A DNA stretch of 63,037 bases, counting the filler, from Pelomyxa schiedti (lineage: Eukaryota > Protista > Evosea), in assembly GCA_020536535.1 (NCBI GenBank). It is 7 parts of 7 records of this genome, joined end to end, with 100 filler letters (N's around TTAATTAATTAA, not from the genome) between each part and the next. Parts side by side here need not be neighbours in the genome. Positions count along the whole stretch, not along the records: positions 24,453 to 54,782 come from JAHLWZ010000292.1; positions 54,883 to 58,425 come from JAHLWZ010001734.1; positions 58,526 to 59,651 come from JAHLWZ010002798.1; 4 more parts are not named here. The stretch is one strand, 5' to 3'. The notes under the pieces are model-generated. The model saw only the letters and a list, made by a program, of their open reading frames with translations, searched no databases and had not been told where the DNA came from. Shown piece after piece: positions 47,683 to 59,751 of this stretch. Both the position numbers and the translations under genes were made by a program. How positions within the stretch are numbered: the stretch's first letter is position 1; every line of letters begins with the position of its first letter.

Positions 47683-49983
47683 TTACGTCTTGGAAGACCC
47701 ATTGTTTGCACTGGCCAATAGTGCAATTGCCTTGTGTATTTCCGGGGGTGAGGGTAGTTGTGCTGCCGAGGGGGACTTCTTGGGCCACCCCTGCTGCTGC
47801 TGTGTGAATTGTGGGATGGCCCCGCTGCTTTTGGAACCAACCGGAATAGGAATCGGATTTGGGTTTGGATCGGGTCTCAGGGGCATTCTATTTGGAGGAG
47901 GCGGGAGGCTCGTCTGTACTGGAATGAGCTGGATTTCCTGAGTTATGGGAAGAGGCTTCTCAGCCGGTGGGGTAATCTGCGACGGGATGTTTTGCGCTTG
48001 CATGTGCAACTGCGGCGGTGGTAGCTGCAATTGCAACTGCGGCTGCGGTACCTTGAGGGGTGCATTGTTTGGGTGTTCCATTTGCATCCCCATGGGAAGT
48101 GTGTTGTCAGCAGTTGGTAGATAATACAGTGTGGTGGCCTGTGAGCCTTTGAGGTTTGCAGAAGGCGGCCGCCGGCGCGGCGGGAGTGAAACCGGCTGCG
48201 CTGTGTATGTGCACAACTGGGTTCCATTTGCAAATGTGAGTAGGGATTTGGAGTGGGGGTTGTGAGAATTCATTTCTGAGGTCCTGACTTGAACGGGGTG
48301 GTGCATCAACTGCAGTTGCTGGAGTTGGTCCTGCTCGATTTGCTCTGTGGTCCTTTGGACAAATGGAACCTCTTGTGCAGCGCCAACCCTATTCGCAGGG
48401 ACTTGTTGAAGGACATCATGTTGAGCAGTCCGTGGTCTACTGATTGTCTGTGGATGAGAGGCATTCTGCTGTGAATTGGTGACCTGGGATGCATTCACGG
48501 TACGGGGCATTGCCCGCTGAGGCGGTAAGAGAGAGTTTTGAGGTTGTTGTAAACGCATTACGACAGGCACTTGTGACATAGGAACCGATTGGAGAGCCAT
48601 TTGTGAAATAGGAACTGGTGGTATGGGCACTTGTGGTCGCTGTAAATTGAGAGGGACTTGCTGAGCTTTAGTTGGTTGGCACCTATGAACTTTCCGTGGG
48701 TGGGGCTGAGCAGTTAGCTGCGATACAGCTGGTCTGCATATAGGTAAAGTTCCGCCCCCAAGGATCCCTCTTGCAGGAGCCGTTGCATATGTATGTTGCT
48801 GAGGCATAGCTCTCTTCATGGGAACGTATCCAGAAAACTCCATACCGGGATTGCCTTGCCATTGTTGCAGTTGCAATTGGGATTGCAGTTGTAAGTGTTG
48901 CAGTTGTAGATGAGGTTGCAATTGTTGTTCCGGTAGTGGTCGCGGCTGTTGTTGTGAGTGAGTCTGTGATTGCATGTGTGATTGTGGCTGTGATTGTAAT
49001 TGTAATTGAGGTTGTGGTTGCAGCTGTGGAGGCCCTTGGGCCTGTGATTGCTGTTGACTTTGTGAAATTAGCCGTGATTGTGTGTTTGTTTGTGAGTGGG
49101 ACTGCGATTGTAATTGTGATTGTTCTTGCGCTTGTGGTTGCAGTTGCTGGGAGTGCCCCCGCTTCTGCTGAGAACGAGCCGCAGGGGGTGGCGTCCCAGG
49201 GCGCCCCCCGCTCCCTTCTTGCGCGCCGCTGCTGCTGCCGCCGCCGCCGCCCCTTGCCGCCCCCTTGGACACCGGAGCGGGCCACACACCCAGCACCGCG
49301 CAGGTGGCCGCCCGCTGTCTCTCCTCCTCCGCGGCCAGGGCTTCCGCGGCCCGCCTCACGTCCCCCAGCGTGGCCTCACGGCCTCGCCCCCACGGCCACC
49401 AGATCCCCGCCCCAGCCCCCGCCCCATTGTTGCCGCTGCTGCAGCAGCCCCACATTGCAAGCCGGGTGTCCCCGCCGGTGCGCCGCGAGCGGTTGAGGAA
49501 CTCGCTGAGGGCCTGCATGCGCTCCCCAATGACGGCCACGGGGGCGGGCTCCATGTCCACCTCCCCGTTGGCGTCGTCGGGCCCACAATTCGGTGCGAAT
49601 GAAAAGGCAGTTGCTGTTGATGAAGATGATGACGACGGCGCTGCCGCCGACGACGGTGGCAGCGTCGAGGGCGCCGCGCCGACGTCGTGATCACGCGGAG
49701 GGCGTCGAAGAAGGAGGTCAGGGTAGTAGGAAAAACGAGGAGGGCTGGTGGTGGTGGTGGGGGTGGGGGCCTGGTGCCTGAGGATTACAACCTCCTCTTT
49801 GGCGGCTGGTGTTGTTGTTATTGTTATTGTGATGGGCGGTGTTTGTGTTGTTTGGGTGCTGGTGGGTGGGGTGGTGGTTTTTGTGGCTGTGGTTGTGGTT
49901 GTTGTTGGTTGTTGGTCTCGGTCATTGGTGCCATGGAGCGGGAGCAATAATTGTTCCCCGTCGGCACAAAGGTCATTGCTCAT
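47683..49983 (-). CDS. Hypothetical Gln/Pro-rich low-complexity protein (766 aa)
   Basis: Long uninterrupted ORF, head-to-head with PIGA. No recognised domain. Confidence 0.6.
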   Translation of the reverse strand: MSNDLCADGEQLLLPLHGTNDRDQQPTTTTTTATKTTTPPTSTQTTQTPPITITITTTPAAKEEVVILRHQAPTPTTTTSPPRFSYYPDLLLRRPPRDHDVGAAPSTLPPSSAAAPSSSSSSTATAFSFAPNCGPDDANGEVDMEPAPVAVIGERMQALSEFLNRSRRTGGDTRLAMWGCCSSGNNGAGAGAGIWWPWGRGREATLGDVRRAAEALAAEEERQRAATCAVLGVWPAPVSKGAARGGGGGSSSGAQEGSGGRPGTPPPAARSQQKRGHSQQLQPQAQEQSQLQSQSHSQTNTQSRLISQSQQQSQAQGPPQLQPQPQLQLQSQPQSHMQSQTHSQQQPRPLPEQQLQPHLQLQHLQLQSQLQLQQWQGNPGMEFSGYVPMKRAMPQQHTYATAPARGILGGGTLPICRPAVSQLTAQPHPRKVHRCQPTKAQQVPLNLQRPQVPIPPVPISQMALQSVPMSQVPVVMRLQQPQNSLLPPQRAMPRTVNASQVTNSQQNASHPQTISRPRTAQHDVLQQVPANRVGAAQEVPFVQRTTEQIEQDQLQQLQLMHHPVQVRTSEMNSHNPHSKSLLTFANGTQLCTYTAQPVSLPPRRRPPSANLKGSQATTLYYLPTADNTLPMGMQMEHPNNAPLKVPQPQLQLQLPPPQLHMQAQNIPSQITPPAEKPLPITQEIQLIPVQTSLPPPPNRMPLRPDPNPNPIPIPVGSKSSGAIPQFTQQQQGWPKKSPSAAQLPSPPEIHKAIALLASANNGSSKT

Positions 49984-50290
49984 GTTGCAATTGACCGCGA
50001 CCGTTATTTTTTTCTTTTTTCAACCTCCTCGTATTCTTCAACTGTTGGCAGGGGGGGCGGAGTTGCATTGATAACAGGCAAAAAATTGAATCTGGTGATG
50101 TAACAACTGAAGAATAAAAAGTACAAAAACATGGTCTGCCCTCGGAATAGCAGTTTAGAAATAGAAAGCTTCCGGGCACAGGAGCCAGGAGTACATTTGC
50201 TCGTAGGGCGTGTTTTGGAGTTATGACTGTTGCTGTGCCCCTCCAAAGGTTTTAATACTCGAAACAACGAAAAACAAAAAAGTGTAATCA

Positions 50291-52254
50291 ATGAGCCACG
50301 TGGAAAGTGATGCGAGTGCCAGAGAGCCGGGGGCGAGTGGCACCACTTCCGACACTGTGTGCAGCAGTGGAGGATCTGGGGCGGGACTGAGACACCGGCG
50401 TTATAAAATCGCGATGGTTTCTGACTTCTTCTACCCCAACGTTGGTGGCGTGGAGGTGCACCAGTACCAACTTGCTCATCACCTCATTTCCAGAGGCCAC
50501 AAGGTAGATTTCACGTCAGAAGCGTCAGGAGTTTTTTTTCCCCCCCCTTTGTATTGGCGCGCACTTTGCCGCCCGTCATTTGTCCACCCACGCACGCCCA
50601 TCTTCGTTACCAATTGGTTATTGGTTCATCCTCTGAAAGGTTATCATCTGCACACACTTTTATGGCAACCGATTGGGGGTGAGATACCTTTCCAATGGAG
50701 CCAAGGTGTATTACTTACCACTGCCGTCTATGTACAACCAGTGCACCTTCCCGTCTCTCTACACCGATTTGCCTCTCATTCGCCACATTTTGATTCGGGA
50801 GGGCATTGAGGTGGTGCACTGCCATCAAGCATTCAGCAGCTTATCTTATGAATTCATATTGCATGGTCGTGCCATGCATTTACCGGTTGTGTTCACTGAT
50901 CACTCCCTTTTTGGCTTTAAGGATGCCTCTTCTATTATTATGAACAAGGTACATAAATTTCTTTGGGAGGAGTTTTCATTTTAATAGATTTTGGAACTTT
51001 CTTTGTGGGATATCAGTCATGTAATATGTGTTTCTCATACTAGGTACCTCGAGATTCTCTACCACTTCATTTTTCTAAATTGTACAAGTAAAGAAAATAC
51101 GATTCTAAGGGCTCAGATACACCCAGACCTGGTCTCTGTTATTCCAAATGCGATAGACACTTCACAGTTCATGCCTGACCCCAGTGCCAGGGATCCCTCC
51201 AAAGGTACTGTTCCCATCCCTTGTAACGAAGAGTTTAATTCTTTAGTCACAATTGTTATTCTCAGTCGACTGGTATACCGAAAGGGAATTGATCTTGTGA
51301 TAGATGTGATTCCTCTCATTTGCAAGAAATATAGCAATGCTCACTTCCTTATAGGTAATTAAAACTAAAATTTTTTACTATTTACTGAAGATACCGTCTT
51401 TATAGGTGGTGATGGCCCAAAAAGACTGGCAATTGAAGAAATGCGTGAAAAGTACCAATTACAGGATAGAGTGACACTTCTTGGGGAAGTTGGGCACTGT
51501 GATGTAAGAAATGTGTGTAAATAGTCCCAGAAGAAAGTCGGAGACCAAAATCCACCAACCAGGTTCTTATTCAAGGGGATATCTTCTTCAACAGCTCTCT
51601 CACAGAAGCATTCTGCATTGCAATTCTCGAAGCAGCCAGCTGCGGTTTATTTGTAGTGTCAACCAAAGTTGGTGGTGTTCCTGAAGTGCTTCCTCAGCAC
51701 ATGATCAAATATGCAGAGCCAAACACCCAAGGTGGCTTAGTTCCTTCCCCTTTCACGTTTTGACAGCTCTCTACAGATATTGCTGTCAAATTGAGTGAAG
51801 CAATAGAACTCAAAGTATTCTAACAAAACGTAATCTAGCGATAGTAAATGAAGTTTACCCCAAGCAGAAACCCTCCCCTTACTTGATGCACGAACAAGTA
51901 CGATTAATGTACTCGTGGTGTGATATTGCTGCCAGAACAGAGATCGTATATGATAGGGTAATGAATCTACCGAAACTTACACTAATGCAGCGGCTCTCGA
52001 AGTACGTGATTCCTTCTTGCTCTGCTCCATACTCACCACCTAGTAGAATTCACACCCTGGGCTTTGTTCTTGGCAAAGTCCTTGTTCTCGTAATCACCGT
52101 AGAGTTTCTATTGATGCTACTAGTTGAGTTCCTTGTGCCAGCCCACACAATAGAGAGAGTACCAGAATACCACAGGCAACCCACAATCACACACAAGTGC
52201 CCACCTCCCCCCAGGCAACCCAACTGGAAAAAAGAACCACAAAGAAATGAATGA
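50291..52254 (+). CDS. PIGA: Phosphatidylinositol N-acetylglucosaminyltransferase subunit A (GPI biosynthesis); multi-exon
   Basis: [16 protein letters not shown]; [15 protein letters not shown]; [10 protein letters not shown]; VIPNAID; [11 protein letters not shown]; GGDGPKR; [18 protein letters not shown]; [12 protein letters not shown]. Confidence 0.95.
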
Positions 52255-52323
52255 GAGGAGGTCTGTTTGTTGTCTGTTTGTTTGTTTAAGTGCCTTGAAC
52301 GACAACGTATGCCAATAATCAAA

Positions 52324-54314
52324 TCAAGCATCCTCAGCCCTTGGTGACACAGAGGGCAGCTTCGCAACCCGCGAAAACCACAGCTGCACGAGTGCTGCGG
52401 TGCTCATTATGCCGCAGCCAATGAAGAACACGGTGCTGTTGGACAGCTTGTGCACCTGGGTCAGGAAGGCCACGACCATGGCGTTGAGGCCGACGCGGAA
52501 TATGTTCATGATGGTGGCACGTGACTTCTCGGGCAAGAACGTGGCCTTGAGTGTGCCCATTGTGGGGAAGTACATCCCGCAACAGGTCTCGAAAGCCAGG
52601 AACGATCCAATGATGATGGCTTGGTACTGTGTGTATATATTCCATGTTAGTTGGTTTGAAAGGGAGGGGAAAAAAAAAAAAGAAAAAAGTGTGGGAAGGG
52701 AAATGCGAACCTGTGCACAGGATTCCCTGTTGAGTAGGCAAACACCGGTAACGAAAAATGCACATGCGGCAACGAGATAGTACACGACTGCCATTTGGCT
52801 AACGGTCGAAATGGTATTTGAGGTGCCTCGAAGACTTTTTGTCAGTGTGAACAATTGACTTCCTATCATAATGCACACCATGTACATAGCAAATATCAAC
52901 CTGAAGCAAGTCATTTCAAATGAAGACATTGCATTATACGTCCTACCCGAATGGAAGAACGCAGGGGTTTGACGCTCCTAACTCACCAAGTACTGGACTC
53001 CACAAGAAGACAAAAGTGTACATACACCCTTCAAACATACTCTGTAGAAGCCCAAGAGCAATGATTTTTTTATCTAAATTATTTAGAGGAGCCAGAAGAA
53101 GTACAGCAAATTATTGTGCTGTAGCAATAAGCAGAAGAATAATAAAAACCTTGAATAATGGCAGAAATTGCATGTCCTAGATGTGGTGCAACATCCACAG
53201 CTGTGTCCCCATAGTTTTCCCCCCAGGTAGTATAAATTGTGACAAGTAACACCAGGAGATCAACTGTGGCAAGAACAAAAGGAGACAAATAGCCCAGATC
53301 AAAGCCCCAGCCATCAGCAAACAAACTGGCAACTACTCCAACAAAAATGGCAATGAATCTAACTTGAGTCTGAGAAAGAAAGGAAAAAGAACAAATGTGT
53401 TAAGAATAAAGTGCCACACCCATTTCCAAATGTACAAATGCTAAAGGTCTTTGAGAGAAGCTGGTCAGAGAAACCATTTCTGCAATGTGTCAGAGACTCT
53501 ATGTTTCCAACTGGACAAAAACGGACACACCTGTTGTGCTCGCAAACCATCCATGACTCGAACACACTGAAGAGAAGTGAGGTTGAAATACCAGAAAACA
53601 GTCGTGCAATCAACAAAATCGGGTAACTGTTAACCATTTTGCAGAAGCAGCTGATAGAATAAAGGATGCAATATGCCATTGCCAATTTCTTTCGACCACT
53701 TTTTAATGGGTTACACGGCAAAAAAAAAACGGTGTGGCGTACTATTTATCAGCGATTGAGCCTACAAAAGGTCCAAAAATCATGGAAGAACCAAAACCCA
53801 TGATGAAAAAGTGAGCAATCTTGTCCTCAGTAAACCCATAACTGTCGTACAGCACATAAACATAGGGTCCCTGTATCCAGTCCGCCGCTTTTTTTCGTTG
53901 GTTAAAAAATTAAAAAAAAAAACCAAATAAACAACAAGCCAGCCAACCCCCCGCCCCNNNNNNNNNNNNNNNNNNNNNNNNNNNNNNNNNNNNNNNNNNN
54001 NNNNNNNNNNNNNNNNNNNNNNNNNNNNNNNNNNNNNNNNNNNNNNNNNNNNNNNNNACAAGCCAGCCAACCCCCTGCCCCTTTTAAAACAAACCAGTGG
54101 CGAGCAGATACACGAGCAGATACTTCTTCTGGAAAGCAACTGCCTCTGGCGACGAGTCCCTGACCGCGTCGCGCCCGACGGCGAGGGCGACGCCGGGCAT
54201 AGGCAGCCGCGACGCCGGCGAGAAGTACGCCGCGATGGCGTGGCGGTTCGCTACGAACACGATGGCGACGCACGCCGCCAGCAGCGCCCCAAACGACACA
54301 ACAAACCCCAGCAT
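52324..54314 (-). CDS. MFSD5: MFSD5 / MOT2-type molybdate-anion MFS transporter; multi-exon, spans a gap
   Basis: FQKKYLLVYLLA; ADWIQGPYVY; GFGSSMIFG; SGISTSLLFSVFESWMVCEH; FEGCMYTFVFLW; FETCCGMYFPTMGTLK; RATIMNIFRVGLN. Confidence 0.9.
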
Positions 54315-54413
54315 TCGTTTATTTCTTCTAAGTTCTCGTACCAGCCCCTTTGGTAGAGCCTTTTTGGGTCCATGAAGAGATTCAGGCCCCAGCTCCAGAT
54401 ACCTTCGGTGGCA

Positions 54414-54777
54414 GGTAAGGGCAAGGGTCGGAATCTGTCTTCTGTCAGACAAACCCGTTGAGATGTATAAAGCGAAGTCGGTAAGGCGAACAAAGATCGT
54501 TCAAAGACTGGTTTGGGTGAGTCTGATTAGGTCTACTGGATGTGGGTTCTGAGACGGCCTACACTACGCAGAGTGCGTATCGGGAGCCTCCGCATTCGAA
54601 GCTCAGCGTCGATGCTGTGTGGTGTCTCACCCAACCCAGTGAACAATCACAGTCAAGGTCACCAACTGGACTCAGGCCTCTGATCTCCCATCACACAATA
54701 GCACTGACGTCACCATCACTCCAAGCACGAATCACGCACCACGATAACGAGAATTAAGAGAATCCTTACCCCTTATC
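54414..54777. ncRNA. Candidate structured non-coding RNA (unassigned)
   Basis: Nested complementary segments: 54414-54428 with 54762-54777; 54507-54521 with 54626-54640 (14/15 bp); internal hairpins. No family motif recognised. Confidence 0.2.
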
Positions 54778-55494
54778 CTTTCNNNNNNNNNNNNNNNNNN
54801 NNNNNNNNNNNNNNNNNNNNNNNNNNTTAATTAATTAANNNNNNNNNNNNNNNNNNNNNNNNNNNNNNNNNNNNNNNNNNNNAGTGGTTGCCCATATCCA
54901 ATGGGTACCTGCGCAGTCTCAAACAACCAACCTACTCTTGAGTATTGGCCTGACGGGTCAAGTTGGCTGTTGCTCCTGCTTTGACGGTGTTGTCAAGGCT
55001 TTTGTTGGGGATTTGGTGAGCCAGGCAGATGTTTTCTGATTTGAAGGCCCCCTCGTTTACAGCTCAGTGAGTGCCAATCAGAATGCATTTTTGGCGTATT
55101 TGCAAGCCAAACATAGAATGGCAATGTGGTGAATGTTCCTGCTGGAAACATGAAACAACCCAAAGACCCGACATAAACATCGGCCCATTATAAGAGAGAT
55201 GGCGAAACATACATGATGGTAATGGTATTGGTAACCAGCCGTCGTTGTGCCTACAAGGCATTAGACAGAAAAGTAACACGATGGGAACCACCTCTGCCTA
55301 CTCACAAAGAAAAATAATAAAGAAATGACCATCAAAAAGCCATCCCCCTCCTGAATCTATCACCCATCACTCTTCACATTTTTGGGGAACTGGAAAGGCA
55401 TGCAGTTCCTCCACATTAGATGCCCTGGGGTCCGGTGCTCAGGTGGATTGACTAGTCAGCTTTCAAAAAGAATTTTGAATTCAAACAAAATCGA

Positions 55495-56307
55495 ATGGCA
55501 GCCACAGGAAAGGCATACCATGTGGCGATTCCCCCCCACGATTTCATTCCCAAACAAGTATTGTCTTCGTCACACTTTTTGGTTGGCTACAACAGGTATA
55601 TCGCCACGAACCCTTCTTCGGCATCTCCCACTTCTGTCGAGTCCTTGATATTCAACCTCCTGTTGGATCAGTTTGGCAATCACTGTGCCAACGCCTTCCG
55701 ATCGTACCCGGGAACAACTCCACAAAAGCTGGCCACACTGTACTCTTCCGAGACAAGCACTTCTTCTGGAAGAGCCTACTTTCGCGTACTGAATGACGCA
55801 CTCATTCAGGACGCGCCGTGCTTGGAGGAGCTGGGTGCTATTTTCTGGCACACAAACAGAACCCTTGTGTGCCAAAGTCCCTCGGCAATGACTCTGTACC
55901 GTGGCTCCCACATGGTGCCCGTCCAGCAGGCACTGTACAAAAACGGACAGATTTTCAGGTACTTTTTGCGTTTTCCTTGTGGCTTCTCAACTTACCAACA
56001 CTTTGGCAGACAACCAACCTTTGTCTCAACAAGCACCAAGTCGAGTGTGGCAAATGGCTTTTCATCAGGAGTTGTCACCACATACAGAGTTCCTTCAGGG
56101 TGCCCAAATGTCGGTCAAGTAACCAACTCTGTGTTTTCAAATGAGGCAGAATGGATTCTTCCACCATACACCAGAGTCAGGGTGATAAACAACGATCTTG
56201 CCGCACACACTCTCGAGCTTGAGGTGCTTGACAACAAAGGCTCGACCAATGACACCACTGCACCACCCGGTTACATGCTGGAAATAACTGCCATGGCAGA
56301 CTGCTGA
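55495..56307 (+). CDS. Mono-ADP-ribosyltransferase, cholera-toxin-like (R-S-E) clade; one probable 51-nt intron at 55959-56009
   Basis: LYS...YFRVLNDAL; TLYRG; FR|QPTFVSTS; SVFSNEAEWILPPYTRVRV. Confidence 0.82.
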   Translation: MAATGKAYHVAIPPHDFIPKQVLSSSHFLVGYNRYIATNPSSASPTSVESLIFNLLLDQFGNHCANAFRSYPGTTPQKLATLYSSETSTSSGRAYFRVLNDALIQDAPCLEELGAIFWHTNRTLVCQSPSAMTLYRGSHMVPVQQALYKNGQIFRYFLRFPCGFSTYQHFGRQPTFVSTSTKSSVANGFSSGVVTTYRVPSGCPNVGQVTNSVFSNEAEWILPPYTRVRVINNDLAAHTLELEVLDNKGSTNDTTAPPGYMLEITAMADC

Positions 56308-56861
56308 GGGAATAACGAACTCTTTCTTTTCATTCCACACTCGTTGTGGACAACACCACCGATTTCTAAATTTAGCAACTCTTCAGTCGTTGTACTGCTT
56401 AATGCGCAACACCATTGCTCACAAGTGTGACAGGAGAGAGGAGATCCCATGTTCCTGTGGAGTGGCCACTGTGTTTGCACCAGTTTTGGGGCTCAAGCCC
56501 AAAATGGTTTTGCGGTCTTTTTAAGTGATTCACTCACATCCTCTTAAACAGTAACAAAAATACACATAACTACTAAGAAGGACTAACTATTAAGTAGTTT
56601 GTTGGAAATGCAACATCCCACCCCTGATTCGTCACATACAGCAATTAGAAAGCTTTGGCACAGGCACAGTCCCAGTCACAGCCAAGAGGCTCACCCAATA
56701 AAGAAGTAGGAAGATTTCAAACATTACATCTTACTTACACATTGTGCAGACACCACTCCTGAAAATCAGTCAGAATAAGTGTATGAGTATTCAGGTACTT
56801 GCTGTCAGTGCCAATGATAGTTCTTGTGCCAAATGCAGGTTACAGTTGAATTGTGCAGTAA

Positions 56862-57020
<159 letters not shown>

Positions 57021-58525
57021 ACAACCCCCAATGATGATTTGCATGGCTGCCACGCAGGGCTGATATGTTGCATTGGAGATCAGTCCTTGAATTACTCCGG
57101 AGTTTGCTGTGCTTCAGATTTGCCAGTTCCTCCACCATTCCAGGTTTCCTTTCCTGGTTGATATCACCAGAATAACTTATTCCATTGCAGGAGCTTCGAA
57201 ACAATGTGAAAATGCCTGTTAGAATTGTGCATAATTCCTCCAGTAGAATAATTTCTTGATCTCCACCCAATAAATGAACATAAATCTGCCAAAGAGAGAA
57301 TACCTGAGTGCTGAAATGATTGGATGCCTTCCAATGGTGTGGATCTCTCAACAGAATTGCCAGATTAGCATGCCAGTGCTGGTTTGCAGCAAACTGTAAT
57401 GGTGGCCAGAATAGAGTTGCTTGGAGATCTCAGACTCTCAAATAGGTATGCATTCTCATTACTTGTGCAGCTGACTAACGAAAAATAAGATTGCTTTGAA
57501 GCTGCAGAACAATGTAGGACTTGAATACAATGAGATCAGGGTGAAATTTGTTTGCCACTCCATAAAAATAATAATCAAAAAGACAACAACCAAGTGCCCT
57601 TGGGAGCTACTGCAGTCCACTGCAAGGATAACTGTATGGCCACTTTCTTTTATTCCCAAAATAACGTCTTTCCGGGCAGAATAACATCCAGGAGGTCAAA
57701 AACGATTTTTCAGGTGTGATGGAACAGCAATGCCGAGGTCTGTCACAGGGCCACACCTTCGCTTCTGTGTCCCACAATATCTATTTTTTAGAGTGAAATG
57801 CCATGAACAATATAGCACTAAATAGCATTTACAACGCAATTGAAAGCTAATAAAGATAAATGTAAATGAAATGAATAAACTAATTGTAAATTGAAGTGAA
57901 AATAAGATTCTCATGTGATGTAGCTTTGGATTTGATCCAGTGATTTCCTGAGCTTCATACATTGTATGTCAATTCTCATGATTTCCGCGCTAATGTCATT
58001 GTAGAGTGCATGCTGGTAGTGCCGGAAATGTCTGCTTCTGTCCCAATGGCAACAATGAAGAGTTCTCCTTCCATGCCAATGAAGAAGCACATTGTGGTAT
58101 CTGCAACACCTCCTCACTATACTGTGATGTCTGTATAATTTACCCACCTCCACAACTGCCACTGCCACAAGTTGCACCCAACAGTGCGGACCTTGTGCAC
58201 CACCCAGCCACCATTTCGTGGTTTGTGTAATCTCGGTGTTCTTGGACTCCGTTTGATCAAAATTTCAGAAGCTAGGGGAAACTTTCAGGTCGTGTCAACT
58301 TCGCTACAGGGGAATGCGATTGGGGTGGGAAAACGAGAGGGAGTTTGTGGTAAAGGGAGCGGGAAAAGCAGGAAGAAATGCAGAAAAAGATGCGGGAAAA
58401 GCACCGGTCAGGGTTTCTAGAAACANNNNNNNNNNNNNNNNNNNNNNNNNNNNNNNNNNNNNNNNNNNNTTAATTAATTAANNNNNNNNNNNNNNNNNNN
58501 NNNNNNNNNNNNNNNNNNNNNNNNN

Positions 58526-58673
58526 GCTTACCAGTCAGCTTGTTGTTCTTAAAAGAAAGAGAAGCGATGGGCTTCTCCGCAGCCCTTTTAAGGACCACGT
58601 TTGGGAATGACAGCAGAGCCAATGACGACAAGTCCACGTCCAGTCCACCCTCCACGGTCCTGGCCGTCCCCAT
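58526..58673 (-). CDS. First exon of a leucine-rich-repeat protein (3'-partial)
   Basis: MGTARTVEGGLDVDLSSLALLSFP...IASLSFKNNKLT, followed by a GTAAG donor at the contig end. Confidence 0.5.
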
Positions 58674-59139
58674 TCTCTCTTCTATTTTCTCCTTTTCGCA
58701 CATCATTGCCGTAGTTCCACTGATATATACTTTCCCTTGGGTTTTTTTCTTTATGTGAGTGAGATGGTGCGTGGTCTTGTTTACAACAACAATAATTATG
58801 TTTCGTGTTCAAGTAAGCGTCGGTTGGTTGGGTTTGTGCGATTGAGTAGTAGAGAACGGTGGCCAATTATGGGACGTGGTACCGATGTCAGGACTGGGTG
58901 TGGGGGTAACAACGACGAAGTGCCAACGCGTCCCTTCAAAAGAAATAATAAAAAAAAATCGATTTCTCCAACGGGCCAAAGACTTGAGATCTCAGTCAGT
59001 ACTCCTCTGGGTGAAGATCAGACAGTAAGACAACAGAAAGGACTGCACGCTCGAGTTCTTGGATTGGTCTGGTCTCACACATTTTTGATCACATAGTGTT
59101 AACTCTCACATACTCATCTCCATTACACCACACTCCTCC

Positions 59140-59579
59140 ATGGGGCAGTCACAGGCTGCAACAACAACGAGTACTTCGTCGCCGCACAGGGGACCCCAGC
59201 AAGCACGGGTTGGGCCCAGCCAGTGGTTCTCTGCGGCCCAATACTCCGCCATCAACGTCGAGTCACTGCAGGTGCTGCTGGATCGCGACCCCGGCATCCT
59301 CAACTCAATAAACAACAAACATCAAAGACTGGTGTGTGCGTGTGCGAAAGGGAAACCAGTGCTCCGATATATTCTTTTTTTTTTTTGAAAGAGTTCATAA
59401 TTTAAAGTTAATATTAATTAATTAGGGAATTCGGTTTTTGGGCATACGCATTTTCTAATGTATTTTTTTCGGTTTTTGCACACATGCACACACAGACAGC
59501 GTTGCATGTGGCTACATGGGCACAGAGCAGGAAGGGTGTTGAGTTCTTGTTGTCAATGAACATCGATGTCAATGCCCAG
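59140..59579 (+). CDS. Ankyrin-repeat protein N-terminus (possible myristoylation; 3'-partial)
   Basis: MGQSQA...WFSAAQ...LQVLLDRDPGILNS | TALHVATWAQSRKGVEFLLSMNIDVNAQ. Confidence 0.65.
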
Positions 59580-59751
59580 GTTTGTTTTGATTTTTGTCCT
59601 CTAATCTTGAATTAGTCCTCACTCACTAACTTGTGTGTATCTTCACTTCACNNNNNNNNNNNNNNNNNNNNNNNNNNNNNNNNNNNNNNNNNNNNTTAAT
59701 TAATTAANNNNNNNNNNNNNNNNNNNNNNNNNNNNNNNNNNNNNNNNNNNN

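Noticed and set aside
54380-54420. U1 snRNA on the minus strand (CTTACCTG)
   Set aside because: No correctly spaced stem-loops I/II or Sm site; more simply a plus-strand splice-donor-like sequence.
54553-54563. 11-mer GACGGCCTACA shared between the candidate RNA and the 23.7-kb repeat core
   Set aside because: A match this short is expected by chance in a window of this size.
57030-58420. Short ORFs on both strands downstream of the enolase fragment
   Set aside because: No recognisable domain or consistent splice model could be built.
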